Positions 1 to 11,192 of a DNA stretch of 64,000 nt are shown here, piece after piece. Both the position numbers and the translations under genes were made by a program. The notes under the pieces are model-generated. The model did no database searches and was not told where the DNA came from. It saw only the letters and a list, made by a program, of their open reading frames with translations. This stretch comes from Podospora anserina (Eukaryota): the NCBI GenBank assembly GCA_017654855.1, contig CM030334.1:3906001-3970000 (forward strand), read 5' to 3'. Every line of letters starts with the position of its first letter. The first letter of the stretch is position 1.

Positions 1-114
1 CCAAAACCTCTAAAAGGGATAGTAGTCGAAGGCGCTTCAGAACAATCCTGGTTCGGTACAGCTAAACAGTGTACAACAATGGCTTGTCTCAATCACAATA
101 ATCAAGATACCAAC

Positions 115-707
115 TGTGACAAGGGCTGCATATCAGGGCTTGGAACCGTGGTTCAATTCAGCTAATAATCTTCAATGGCCTCGAACAGCTTGATGAAGAA
201 GAAGATTTAGGAATACAAATAGGTCCAGAGGACGCGTCTTTATCCATCATCAAGTGGTCCGTACCCTCAGGCCACTGCCAAGGCCTTTAATATAACCAGT
301 TGACCAATACCTTTCCTTTGATAGCCGCGAGGCCCTTAATTGCCTCACTTCCAACCACTGGCTCACGGCGTGCAGGTAGATTGCAGTTGGGCCGTGGTGT
401 GGCGTCACGGCTTGACACTTAGTGGGGCGCGGGGCGCACCACGGACCAATCAGAACAGGATCAATGGGATCGAGGATCGATCCAGGAGAGTCAACCCCAA
501 AAGGGACAGTATCGATCACTTCTCCCAGCGTAGGCTCACCATGGATCACGGTGCCAAGAGTGATCCTGCGTCACCTTAGGATCACTTTGATCACCACGCT
601 CCTAGCGCTCCCAGGCGCTCCACCTCCCATTGGTTCCTTTAACGATTGGCTGGGCACGTCCTCTGCCCCGCATACTCTTCAAACTGCCCGCTGGCTTAAC
701 TGTGACA
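115..707 (-). mobile_element. Probable solo LTR of a retrotransposon
   Basis: Non-coding, bounded by TG (115) and CA (707), with TGTGACA at both ends. TATA-like ttatattaaa on the minus strand near 286-295. Segments 114-127, 206-235 and 304-403 recur collinearly at 52083-52251. Flanks caac/ctac are only an imperfect target-site duplication. Confidence 0.6.
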
Positions 708-718
708 CTACGGCACGT

Positions 719-1101
719 TGTCACGAGATAAGTAGGGGCGGCTCGCTTCCATACCTTTCTAGGTAAGACGTATGCTTCGAGTCGATGCTCCGCCTCCCGA
801 AGGAGAGTGCAGTCTTTAGATTCCCTGTCCGGTTAAGATTTCCACGCAGGTATGGGTCTCGGCCTTTGGGATTATACACAAACAGCACCCCAGCCGGAGC
901 CGCCTAGCACTACGGTACATCACCACAATAGTGGTCTACATTGTGCTCCCATCTCCTAGCGGGCCTTCTTCCTCAACAAACCCCTCGTCTGCGGTGCATC
1001 AGCTTGTAAGATATCCTCCTTAATCTTCCAGACTTAGTAACAGTGGCCAGGGCAACTCCAGTTCAGCAAGGACGCGTTCGTGCATGCTAATGGGTGTCAC
1101 A
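719..1101. mobile_element. Possible second solo-LTR remnant
   Basis: Begins TGTCACG, ends TGTCACA, non-coding and adjacent to the first LTR. No target-site duplication and no second copy in the window. Confidence 0.3.
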
Positions 1102-2188
1102 ATACATGTAAACTGGGATATAGCAATACAGTATCAGTCTATCTGCGTTTATATTACAACTAAGGACCTGACACTGGGTTGCATATAAGGTGTAGCGTTC
1201 GAAAGCGGATTGAATCCGGCGGAAATTTTGGAATCGGAGAACCTTAGGTATTTGAAGCGGTTTTAGTTTGGTGATACCATTAATTTTGTTATTCTGGTGG
1301 ACTTGTTATAAGTGTGGTGAGCGATGGCCTGGATCATAATGACCGGTATTTCCTATAAACTGGGACTGGCAGCTGAGGCCAGGGGAAACTGGATTGGACC
1401 GGTGAATTATCCCGAGAAGTTGTTATCCACGCATGTCTGCATTATGCAATCCTGTGGTACTGTAGTGGTAGCGGGAGTGGACGATGGCCACCCTCTGACC
1501 TAACACTCCTGATCAGGACTCGCCAGGTCTTGACCTCTTACATGCGCGAGAGATATAGTCCCGCCTTACGCTCCAGGAATCCAGTCAGATATTCATTTTC
1601 AAGAACCTTGGCATACGATGGGCGACGACAGTTTGTGGATGCCTGAAGGGACTTGACAAACCGGATATCTTACAGTACAATACTACAGTGACAACGATAC
1701 AGTATAAGGACAATGCTGGCAGCCGGCCCCGAGCGGACCTTCTTTTGAGTTTTGGCCGGTGGTCGCCCCCCCCTCCCCTCACGCCACCCACGGAAAATAC
1801 CGAGAATGCTCAACAACGGCAAGCAGGGTTTGTGGGTTCTCAGTCTCGCTTGCTTCTTTTTATCAACCGCGGCCCTGAAACGTAAGAACTCGGTTGTTAG
1901 TCATAGGTATCCGGGTTGTCGCGGCACTGTTACCAATTTTGAAGGAAAGATAATGCCGACGACACGGGGGTCGACCCCGCTCAACTGTACGACATCGCCA
2001 ATCCGCCGTTGCATGAGGCGTTTTTACTACACAGATTGTCGAGTAGCCCTTATCGCGAATCAACGGTTGGGAATATGTCATCACAGGTTGGCGGGCCTTC
2101 ACCTTGCACGGTACACTGAGGCAATCAGATGCCTGGAGCACATTGCTTTCACTAGCTATCCCAGCAAACGTCACCTCTGAGAGCATCA

Positions 2189-3487
2189 ATGCTGGCCCCG
2201 TCGTCTGCCAGAGCCCTCCTTCGCCGCCCCCCATTTCCAACTGGATTTGGGGGGCAAACTCCGATAGTCGGAGCTTCGAGTCGCTGGCTGACGACACTCG
2301 GTCACCGCCGACAACAATCCACAGCTACCGCAGACGCAACAGCAAACGCAAACGATCAGGATGTAGCATCTATCCACGACAATGTCGAGCATCAACAGTG
2401 GGCGAGACAGGTTCTGCGGGATGCCGTTGCTGCCGCGGCGCCGAGATATACCTGGTCAAAGGAAGAGACGGCGGCCATCTACCACCAGCCCCTGATGGAA
2501 CTTGCATTCCAAGCGGTGAGATACATGGCTCGATCCGTGTGCTCAAAGCTGTCACTAATTCCCGGTATCAAATGAATGCAGGCCCAAGTCCACCGTCGAT
2601 TCCATAACCCGTCCGAAGTCCAGCTCTGCACCCTCATGAACATCAAGACAGGAGGCTGCAGCGAGGATTGTTCCTACTGCGCCCAGTCGACTCGCTACCA
2701 AAAAGGCACCGGCCTCCAAGCCAAGCGTGTCGAAACCGTCGAGACAGTCCTTGAAGCCGCCCGTATAGCCAAGGCCAATGGCAGCACACGCTTCTGCATG
2801 GGAGCCGCCTGGCGCGACATGCGTGGCCGCAACAACAGTCTGCGCAATGTGAAAGAGATGGTGTCGGGAGTGCGGGCCATGGGAATGGAGGTGTGCGTGA
2901 CGCTGGGCATGATCGATGCCGAACAGGCCAAGGAGCTCCGCGAGGCTGGTCTCACAGCCTACAACCACAACCTCGACACGAGCCGCGAGTTCTACCCTAG
3001 CATCATCTCGACCCGTACCTACGACGAGCGTCTTGCTACCCTGGGCCATGTTCGCGATGCTGGGATCAACGTCTGCTCGGGGGGTATTCTGGGTCTGGGC
3101 GAGACCGACAAGGACAGGATTGGATTGCTGCATACCGCTGCCACGCTGCCGAGCCACCCGGAAAGTTTCCCAGTGAACGCGCTGGTCCCCATCAAGGGCA
3201 CACCATTGGGCGACAGAAAGCCGATTGACTTCACCAGCATGCTGCGCACCATTGCCGCGGCGAGAATCATCATGCCGGCTACCATTATTCGTATCGCCGC
3301 GGGCCGCAAGACAATGACGGAGGAGCAACAAGCCATGTGCTTCATGGCTGGAGCCAATGCTGTCTTTACGGGAGAAAAGATGCTCACGACAGAGTGCAAC
3401 GGATGGGATGATGATGCTGTATTGTTTGAACGTTGGGGCTTGCAACCGATGAAGAGCTTTGCAAAGTCGGTGGCGCGAGCTAGCTAG
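2189..3487 (+). CDS. bioB: Biotin synthase (radical SAM); exons 2189-2515 and 2582-3487
   Basis: CSEDCSYC (CxxxCxxC), YNHNLDTS, VCSGGILGLGE and PESFPVN motifs. Arg/Ser-rich mitochondrial-presequence-like N-terminus. GT-AG intron 2516-2581 keeps the frame. Confidence 0.97.
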
Positions 3488-4791
3488 AGTCTCGACTTTG
3501 AAACATTCATCTGAGAAACTACCCATGATTCTATTGCTGACACTATCCCGACAGCCTCATCTGCAGTGTTGGCAGCGTGAAGGCATAGACGTATCCTCTC
3601 TGTTCCCTTGGGCACCGTTGGAGAGACAATAGGGCGCACCATGAATCCGTTCTGTTGACAGTGACCTGCTAGGCTGCGTGGATGATCGGTAAATACCGGG
3701 ATAATGGAGGATTTTGGCTCAACCAAGCTGACGCGAAGTAAATGTGATGGAGGTTTCAGTCTCTCGTACATCTCCATCAACAAGCAGTGGGCGTTCTTGA
3801 CGAGGTTTTTGAGGCGATGAACCAGTGGCTCAGCTCCGCCGCTCATCATGAATTCGTAAGCGACCTCGATACTGATCAGAGACGGAAGCGCCATGGCAGT
3901 CGTGTAGATGAGCGTGCGAGCATAGTTGATCAAGTATGATCGGGTGATGTCAGAACACAAGATGAGCCCGCCCGAACAGCCCATCGCTTTGCCAAACCCC
4001 ATCACCCTCGCCCACACTCGATCCTCGAGGCCCAGCTCGGACACTAGACCTTGGCCTCTTTCCCCAAAAACCCCTAACGAGTGAGCCTCATCGACGATAA
4101 CAAGTCCGTTTCCTTTTGGCAGCCAACGTTCCACACAGTCTGTGATGTCTTTCAGGGGACAAACATCCCCATCCATGCTGTAGACACCCTCAACGGAAAT
4201 AAAGACGTTTCTCTCCCCGGACTTGAAGAGATGCCCACCTGGTCTGCTGAGAAGGCCCACCAAGACCGTTTCCAGCGACTCGGGCTTCCGTTTTCCGTGC
4301 TCCACAGTCTCCTCGGTGCTCCAGACTGTGCTGTGCGCAAACGATAACTTTTCGGCAGCTCGGCTGAGACGCATCCCGTCGTGGATACTAGCGTGAACCA
4401 GCTCGTCGTACAGGACAACATCGTCTGGCTGCGGCACACAGCTGAAGAGTCCCACGTTGGCGTCCATGGCTGAGTTGAAGAGTAGGGAAGCAGGGGCACT
4501 GTGAAAGGCGGCGAGGGTTTTCTCGAGCGCTTCCGCCTTGGGTGAGTTTCCATCGAGGAGACGGGAGCCTCCTGAGCCGAGGAGAGATGGGGTGTTGGCG
4601 TGTGCGGCGTCTTGAAGTCGTGACAAAAACGTTTTTTTGACCGATGGCTGAGCAGACAGGGAGAGGTATGCGTTTGAGGAGAAGTCTGCTGTGCCGGGAG
4701 GGACGAGGGTCAGGCTGCGGAACATGTCGCGGGCCTTGCGGCGATCCAGGTGTTTATTGAGGGAGGCATCGAGTTGGTTGACTTGTGACAT
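3484..4791 (-). CDS. bioF: 8-amino-7-oxononanoate (KAPA) synthase with C-terminal PTS1 (SRL); alternative start at 4851
   Basis: DFSSNAYLSL, GSGGSRLLDG, DELVHASIHDG, EGVYSMDGD, VDEAHS and GFGKAMG (PLP lysine) motifs. Ends SKSRL. Confidence 0.95.
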   Translation of the reverse strand: MSQVNQLDASLNKHLDRRKARDMFRSLTLVPPGTADFSSNAYLSLSAQPSVKKTFLSRLQDAAHANTPSLLGSGGSRLLDGNSPKAEALEKTLAAFHSAPASLLFNSAMDANVGLFSCVPQPDDVVLYDELVHASIHDGMRLSRAAEKLSFAHSTVWSTEETVEHGKRKPESLETVLVGLLSRPGGHLFKSGERNVFISVEGVYSMDGDVCPLKDITDCVERWLPKGNGLVIVDEAHSLGVFGERGQGLVSELGLEDRVWARVMGFGKAMGCSGGLILCSDITRSYLINYARTLIYTTAMALPSLISIEVAYEFMMSGGAEPLVHRLKNLVKNAHCLLMEMYERLKPPSHLLRVSLVEPKSSIIPVFTDHPRSLAGHCQQNGFMVRPIVSPTVPKGTERIRLCLHAANTADEAVGIVSAIESWVVSQMNVSKSRL

Positions 4792-5041
4792 GGCGGCTGG
4801 ATTTCTTACGGTGTTGAAGTTGGATGGTTGTTTCGCCGTTTCCAGATCCATCTTGCACAAAAGTATAATTATGTTATGACAATTGCAACCCAAAAAATGC
4901 CGTCCGATCTCGGTAAAAGGCTATGCCGATTCAACGCGCTCTCCGTGGGGGTCTTGCGGGTTGCTCGCTCGCTTGTTCGAATGCAACTTCATCTCCAGCA
5001 TGCAAACATTGAACTTCACAACATCGCAGTCGAAATAAACC

Positions 5042-7565
5042 ATGTCGCCGCAGTTGGGCGCTCTGCTGCACCGCTCGTTGCGTGTGTACCAAGTATGGGG
5101 CGCCAACACAGAAGTCGGCAAGACTGTCTTCAGCACCATTCTCTGCAAGTTGACCAGCGGCTACAAGCCGGATGAAAAAACAGCATTCCTCAAGCCCGTT
5201 TCTACCGGGCCAGCAGAGGAAGCAGACGGTCGGTGTAAGAACCATCTCGATGTTCCGACTCTGAGGGCCTTACTGATTCACAACATAGATGTCTAGACAC
5301 CCTGTGGCTCCCCTGTATAAATGTCTGATGTCTCTTAGCCACATTTCAAAGTTTATACCGGGACTGGACTCACAGACGCTGTACCAGTTTGATCTTCCCG
5401 TGAGCCCTCATCTCGCAGCCCAGGTCTCCCAACAGAATACACCTTCAGACGAAGAGGTCCTCTGCAAGATCCATGATTTTGCTTCCCGCCTCGCTTCCAC
5501 TCACCCCGGATGGCTGTTTGTCGAAACCGCCGGCGGCGTGCACTCCCCTGGCCCTTCCGGCACCACACAAGCCGACCTCTACAGGCCACTTCGCCTCCCT
5601 GCCATCCTCATCGGCGACGCCAAGCTCGGCGGCATCTCCTCGACCATTTCGGCCTTCGAATCCCTCAAAATTCGTGGCTACGACGTGGAGTTGGTCCTCT
5701 TGTTCGAGGACAAGACCTACCAAAACCACAGCTATCTTACCCCTTATTTCCAACAAAAACACTCCATCCCCGTCCAGACAGTCCCCCTCCCTCCTCCACG
5801 TCTTTCGCCCTCTAACGACGTTAGCAACATGCAAACCTACTATACTACAGCTCTGAGTCTCCCCTCTCTCTCCGCCATCCCCTCGCGTCTTTCGTCGTTG
5901 CATCAAGCCCGCATTGCCCGCCTACAGTCCATGCCTGAGACTGCCTCCAAAACAATCTGGTACCCCTTCACCCAGCACCAGCAGCTCACCCCGGATAAAA
6001 TCACCGTCATCGAATCGGCCAAGGACTCCCACTTTGACACTTTCCAGTCGGGTTCACCCAGCAAGTCACTGCTCCGGCCAATGTTTGACGGCTCAGCCTC
6101 GTGGTGGACCCAGGGCCTTGGCCATGGGAACCCAGCCCTTTCTCTTGCTGCTGCTTATGCGGCTGGTCGGTATGGGCATGTGATGTTTGCTGAGGCTGTC
6201 CATGAGCCTGCTCTCGCGTTGGCAGAGATGCTGATTACCGGGATGGGAAACAAGCGGTTGAAGAGGGTTTTCTACTCTGACAATGGGAGTACGGGGGTAG
6301 AAGTGGGGGTGAAGATGGCTTTGGGGGCTGCGAGGGCGAGGTATGGGTGGGCAGGGGAGGAAAAGGTTGGAGTGATTGGGCTCAAGGGGAGTTATCATGG
6401 GGATACCATCGGGGCGATGGACTGTAGCGAGCCGGGGGTGTTTAATGAGAAAGTGGAGTGGTATGAGGGAAAGGGAGCTTGGTTGGGGAGTCCGGGGGTG
6501 AGGTGTGAGAAGGGGGTTTGGGTTGTGGAGGGGGGAGGGGAGTTTAAGACGCTGGGTGATGTTTTTGATGTGGAGGGACGGGAGAAAAGGGGGGAGGGAA
6601 GGGGGTACGAGAAGGAGATCAGAGGAGTTTTGGAGAAGCTGGTGGGTGAAGAGGGGAAGAAGTTTGGGGCCTTGATTCTGGAGCCGGTTGTGTTGGGGGC
6701 GGGTGGGATGCATTTGGTGTAAGTTCCACGATGAATCAAGTGAGTTGTGATACTAACAGCTGTCTGCCACAGGGATCCCCTTTTTCAGCGGACGCTGGTT
6801 AAGGTCGTCCGACAATCACCAGAGCTATTCGGTAGAAAGCATCAACCAAACGACGAGCTGGATTGGAGCGGCCTTCCGGTTGTGTTTGACGAGGTCTTTA
6901 CAGGAATTTATCGTCTCGGCCGCTTCAGTGCTGCCTCGTTTCTCGGCGTCGATCCTGACATTTCCGTCCACGCAAAGCTGCTGACTGGTGGTCTGCTGCC
7001 GCTCAGTGTCACCTTGGCATCTGAGAGCGTCTTCCGGTCGTTTTTGAGTGACGATAAGAGTGATGCCCTCTTGCACGGACACAGCTATACGGCTCACGCT
7101 GTTGGCTGCCAGGTAGCTTTGGAAAGTCTGAAGACAATGATGAAGATGGAAAAGAGTGGGGAGTGGGGTTGGGCTATTTCGTGTCAGCAGAAAAGCGACG
7201 ATCAAACCCAGCATGCCAGCTCTGAGCAGGTTGCTGCGATTGCTGATTCCAGGGTTTGGTCGGTGTGGAGTCATGAGTTGGTTGAATGGCTTTCATGGCA
7301 GAAAGGGGTTGAAGGTGTGTGGGCGCTCGGAACGGTCCTGGCGATTCACATGGGCTCGGCGGGCGGTGTCGTAGGTGTAGGCTACAAGAGCACTGCTGCA
7401 AAGGGGCTTCAGGCTGCTTTGCTGAAGGCCTCTGAGGATGATGGCAGTGTGCATAGTCGTGTTTTGGGCAATGTGTTGTACCTGATGGCTGGGCAGACGA
7501 CGACGGAGGAGAGTGTCAGGCGGGTTGAGAGGCTTGTTAAACAGGGTTTGGAGGATGGCACTTGA
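5042..7565 (+). CDS. bioDA: Bifunctional dethiobiotin synthetase / DAPA aminotransferase; exons 5042-5232, 5339-6718, 6773-7565
   Basis: GANTEVGKT P-loop, KPVSTG, ETAGGVHSP, WYPFTQH, DGSASWWT, SYHGDTIG, DEVFTG, HAKLLTGG and HGHSY motifs. Splicing gives DGR-HISKF and MHLV-DPLFQR. Confidence 0.95.
5233..5338 (+). other. [D2,3] stwintron: internal intron 5235-5288 nested in the donor of the external intron
   Basis: GT|GTAAGA...TACTGAT...CATAG|ATGT. Removing 5235-5288 recreates the donor GTATGT. The external intron has CTGAT near 5325 and acceptor TTAG at 5335-5338. Confidence 0.9.
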
Positions 7566-7821
7566 TAGGTAAGGATCAAGTGTTTGCTAGGTACCTTAAT
7601 AGGGAATAAAACTCACAGCCCACTACCATTGGCTACATTAACAGGTCAAGAATTCATAGTCCCGTGGCCAGGGAGTTTCAGGCACAGCGGAAACTGTGTA
7701 CCTTATATGAATGGGTCAACACCCAGACCCCTTCGCTGCCCAACCCTGATAAGCGCGCTCCGTGCAGTCTCGTTTCGAGGATGTCTTGCAAGTACGCATC
7801 ATAGCTAGCGTGAATATCAGC

Positions 7822-10800
7822 ATGAATGAATCGCTTGGTGACCGACCCTCGCCAACAGGAGCTGACGCTTTTCGGTGTAACATGCGGGATCCTGGGGCCG
7901 ACAAATATACGGTGGGCTGGATTTGTGCGCTTCCAGTTGAAATGGCAGCGGCGAAGGCCATGCTCGATGAAGTCCACGGTTGTTTTGACGCAGATGTCGC
8001 CCAAGGCGATTGATTCTAACTCGTACATTCTGGGGACCATTGACCGTCATCACATCGTCATTGCACGCCTATCGTCCGGTCATTATGGAACGAACAACGC
8101 AGCAATTGTGGTGAACAACATGCGTCGAACATTCCGTATAATGCAACTCGGCTTTATCGTCGGCATCGCTGGTGGTGTTCCTGGAAAAGCAGATATACAA
8201 GCGAGCTTCTCTCAATTTCTGAGATGCCTGAACTCGACATCGTCGGTAGGTTCCTCTCTAATCGTGTTTACCCAATCAACTCTACAGACCGCTCTTATAT
8301 GAGATATTTCTGACCATTCTTTAGCAAGAGAAGAGACTATATGGAAATCACTCACATTCAAAGAACTCGACTCCTGTTTTATAGCCATCGGGGCCAACCA
8401 CTCAGAAATGTGCCGTTGGTTATTAGATCATCCGACTACCAAGGCTGGCTCAATCAGTCTAGAAAACAACAGGACCACGGCTTCTTATGGATCAAGGGCA
8501 ATCACAGTGCAGGAAAGTCCACCATTATGAAGTTCGTTTACAGTGAGCAAGTTCTACGCGCCAGCAGCGATGAAACTGTCATGGCATTTTTCTTCAACGC
8601 CAGAGGAGGTCCGATGGAACGCTCCCCGAAAGGGATGTATCGTTCGCTGCTTCACCAGCTCCTGGGATCCGACTCGTTGCCACAACTACGACCAATATTT
8701 CATGATTCAGCCCTCAAGCCACATGTCAGGTTGCAACTGGCGCAGACATACGAGCAAATATTCTCAAACAATCCATCTCCCACATAGGGGATTGACTGCC
8801 TCAAGGATTTGCTTCGCGTTGCCATCGACAGGCTTGCCGTTGAACAGGAATTGACGATTTCGTGGATGTATTAGACGAATGTGTTTCCGAAGAAGTTCAG
8901 GAAACGGTGGAACACTTTGAAGAGCTTGGAACTGCGGCAATTTCAAGTCAGAAGCAGTTGCGCATCTGTTTCTCAAGTCGCCACGATCCGCATATTGACA
9001 TCGCACACCGGCAGGAGCTTGTTCTCGAGCTCCAGCACGGACATGAGCAGGATATATCTGCCTACATAGAAAACAAGCTCAGGATTGGCCTCATCGAGGG
9101 GGCAACACGGATCAAGCGGGAAGTGCAAAGAAAGGCCTCCGGTGTTTTCATATGAGTGGTCTTGGCGGTTAACCTCCTTCAAAGCGAAGTATAACGGAGG
9201 CCGCATGTTTGAGCTGGAAAGCAACTGTGGGTGCTGCCTCCCAAGTTGAGTGAGCTGTTCCGGGAAATCGTTCACCAAGGCAACGGAGACAACGGAGACG
9301 ACGGGGCGAGATGCCTCCGACTACGTGTTCAATGGATTGGGTTTAGCCGGCGACAGCTGACGCTGCCTGGTTATTACTACACGGCTATTTGTGGGTTGAG
9401 TCCCGGGGAGCTGTCAGAATGGGACCCGAAACTCGTCACTGTTGAAGACATGAAGCGGTTCCTCCTTAGTTCGTCTAAAGGACTCGCCGAGTCGAACAAA
9501 ACGGTCGATGATGGAAACAAATTCAGGGTTCAATTTATACACGAATCCGTCCGCGAGTATTTCTTGAAGCATGGTCTTGCGGAAATATTTCCAGGTTTGA
9601 CTACAACAGCGCTGCGGCAGAAAGGTCATCTCGAACTACAAAGCTGCTGCCATAGTTATCTCGAGCATATCACCAAACTATTTGGAAACACCACGAAGAC
9701 GCCTGAGAAGGACCGATGGGCTTTAATGGACTATGCAATGACCCACGCCCTCCATCATGCTGAAAATGTAGCTGCCGGTGGAGTTCCCCAAGCCTTGTTT
9801 CTGCGGGATTTCTCAGAGAAGTGCTTATTTTCTCCCGTTTTCAAGCAATGGAGGGCGGCGAGAGATTGTCCTACGAGCAATATTCCATACTTTCTCGCAG
9901 TGTGGGGATTTCCAACCTTGATAACCACGGCATTTCGGTCCAATAGCGATCTTAAGGTGGTCGATGATGGAATTGGTTATAAAAGCGCCTTTTTCGCTGC
10001 TTTAGAGAGAGGCGATTGTGGGGTGGTGAGGGCACTGTTACAGCTGGATGAGAAAAACGAACATCTAATGGCTTGGCTGAAATATGGCCCAGTCAGTCCA
10101 AAAATCCATCCGCTCTCCTGGGCAATCCGCGAAGAACACTACGGCCTCGCTAAACACATGATAGAAACGACAGATGGGATCAACGTGAACAGAGACTGGC
10201 CGATCAACTACGCCGCCGCAGCTGGCCAAGTGTCTTTGGTATCGCTATTATTGGAAACAGGGGCCGACCTCCGATACCATGATGATACTGGATATAAGAC
10301 TTTATTTCTAGCTCTACTGTCTGGAGAAACGGCGCTCGTGTCACTACTTTTCCCCTTGGCCGATCATAGCTCGCAAACCATGAGACTGTTGCTTCTCCTG
10401 GCTGCGAAATACTGCCGTCTTCCTATGGTACGAACAGTAGTTAAAGCGCTATCTACCCTCGAGCTTGACTCTGTTAAATAGGGTGACATGTTAGCGGGTG
10501 GCCTACTTCAGGCTCTGTACTTTGAGCGTGCTCCTATCACGGAAATGTTGCTAGGCAAGGGAGTAAACATGAGCATTCCGACAAGGGGGCTTTTGCCTCT
10601 ACAGACAGCAATTCGTCGTGGACTTGATCAAGTCGTGGTGCTACTTCTTCAAGGTGGCGCCGATGTCGATGCCAAGCAATGGAAGGGCCAAACAGCGTTA
10701 TTACTTGCAGTTGAACGAGGTCACCTGGCTCTCGCCACAGCTCTTATGGACAAGTACGGGGCCAGGCTCGAACTCAAGGACGAGACCAAGCAGACGCAGT

Positions 10801-11090
10801 TATTACTGGCCTGCAAATTGGGGGACATAGCTATGGTTGAAGCTCTACTGGCAAGAGGCGCAAGAGTGGACAGGAGGGATATGAGGGGGAGGACCGCTTT
10901 GACACATGCAGCCATAGGCGGATACGAGAGGATCGTTGGACTTTTGCTCTGTCGTGGTGCCGACCCCAATGCTTCTGACGACGCCAGTGAAACGCCCTAC
11001 TCGTTTGCGAGTCATCACATGCGTGGAATTTTCCATCGATATACGTACAACGGCAGGTATAACCTTGCCATGCTGCGAACGGAAAAGTAG
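7822..11090 (+). pseudogene. PNP_UDP-NACHT-ankyrin NLR-like pseudogene
   Basis: YTVGWICALPVEMAAAKAMLDE and IVGIAGGVP (PNP_UDP N-part), LWIKGNHSAGKST (Walker A), DVLDEC (Walker B), RICFSSRH, VQFIHESVREY and ankyrin repeats (GQTALLLA, GRTALTHAA). Frameshifts near 8010, ~8430, ~8780-8860 and ~9190, stops at 9153 and 10479, and the PNP C-half is missing. Confidence 0.88.
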
Positions 11091-11192
11091 AGCTTGAGAA
11101 AAGTTATCAAGTGATTTGTTGACACATCTCGCCCGTTGCTCTCAAAACTCTCAAATGCCTTTTCAAGCCTCTCAACTGCCTTAACGTTATCT

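Noticed and set aside
2555-3526. 323-aa minus-strand ORF
   Set aside because: Antisense shadow of bioB with no recognisable motifs.
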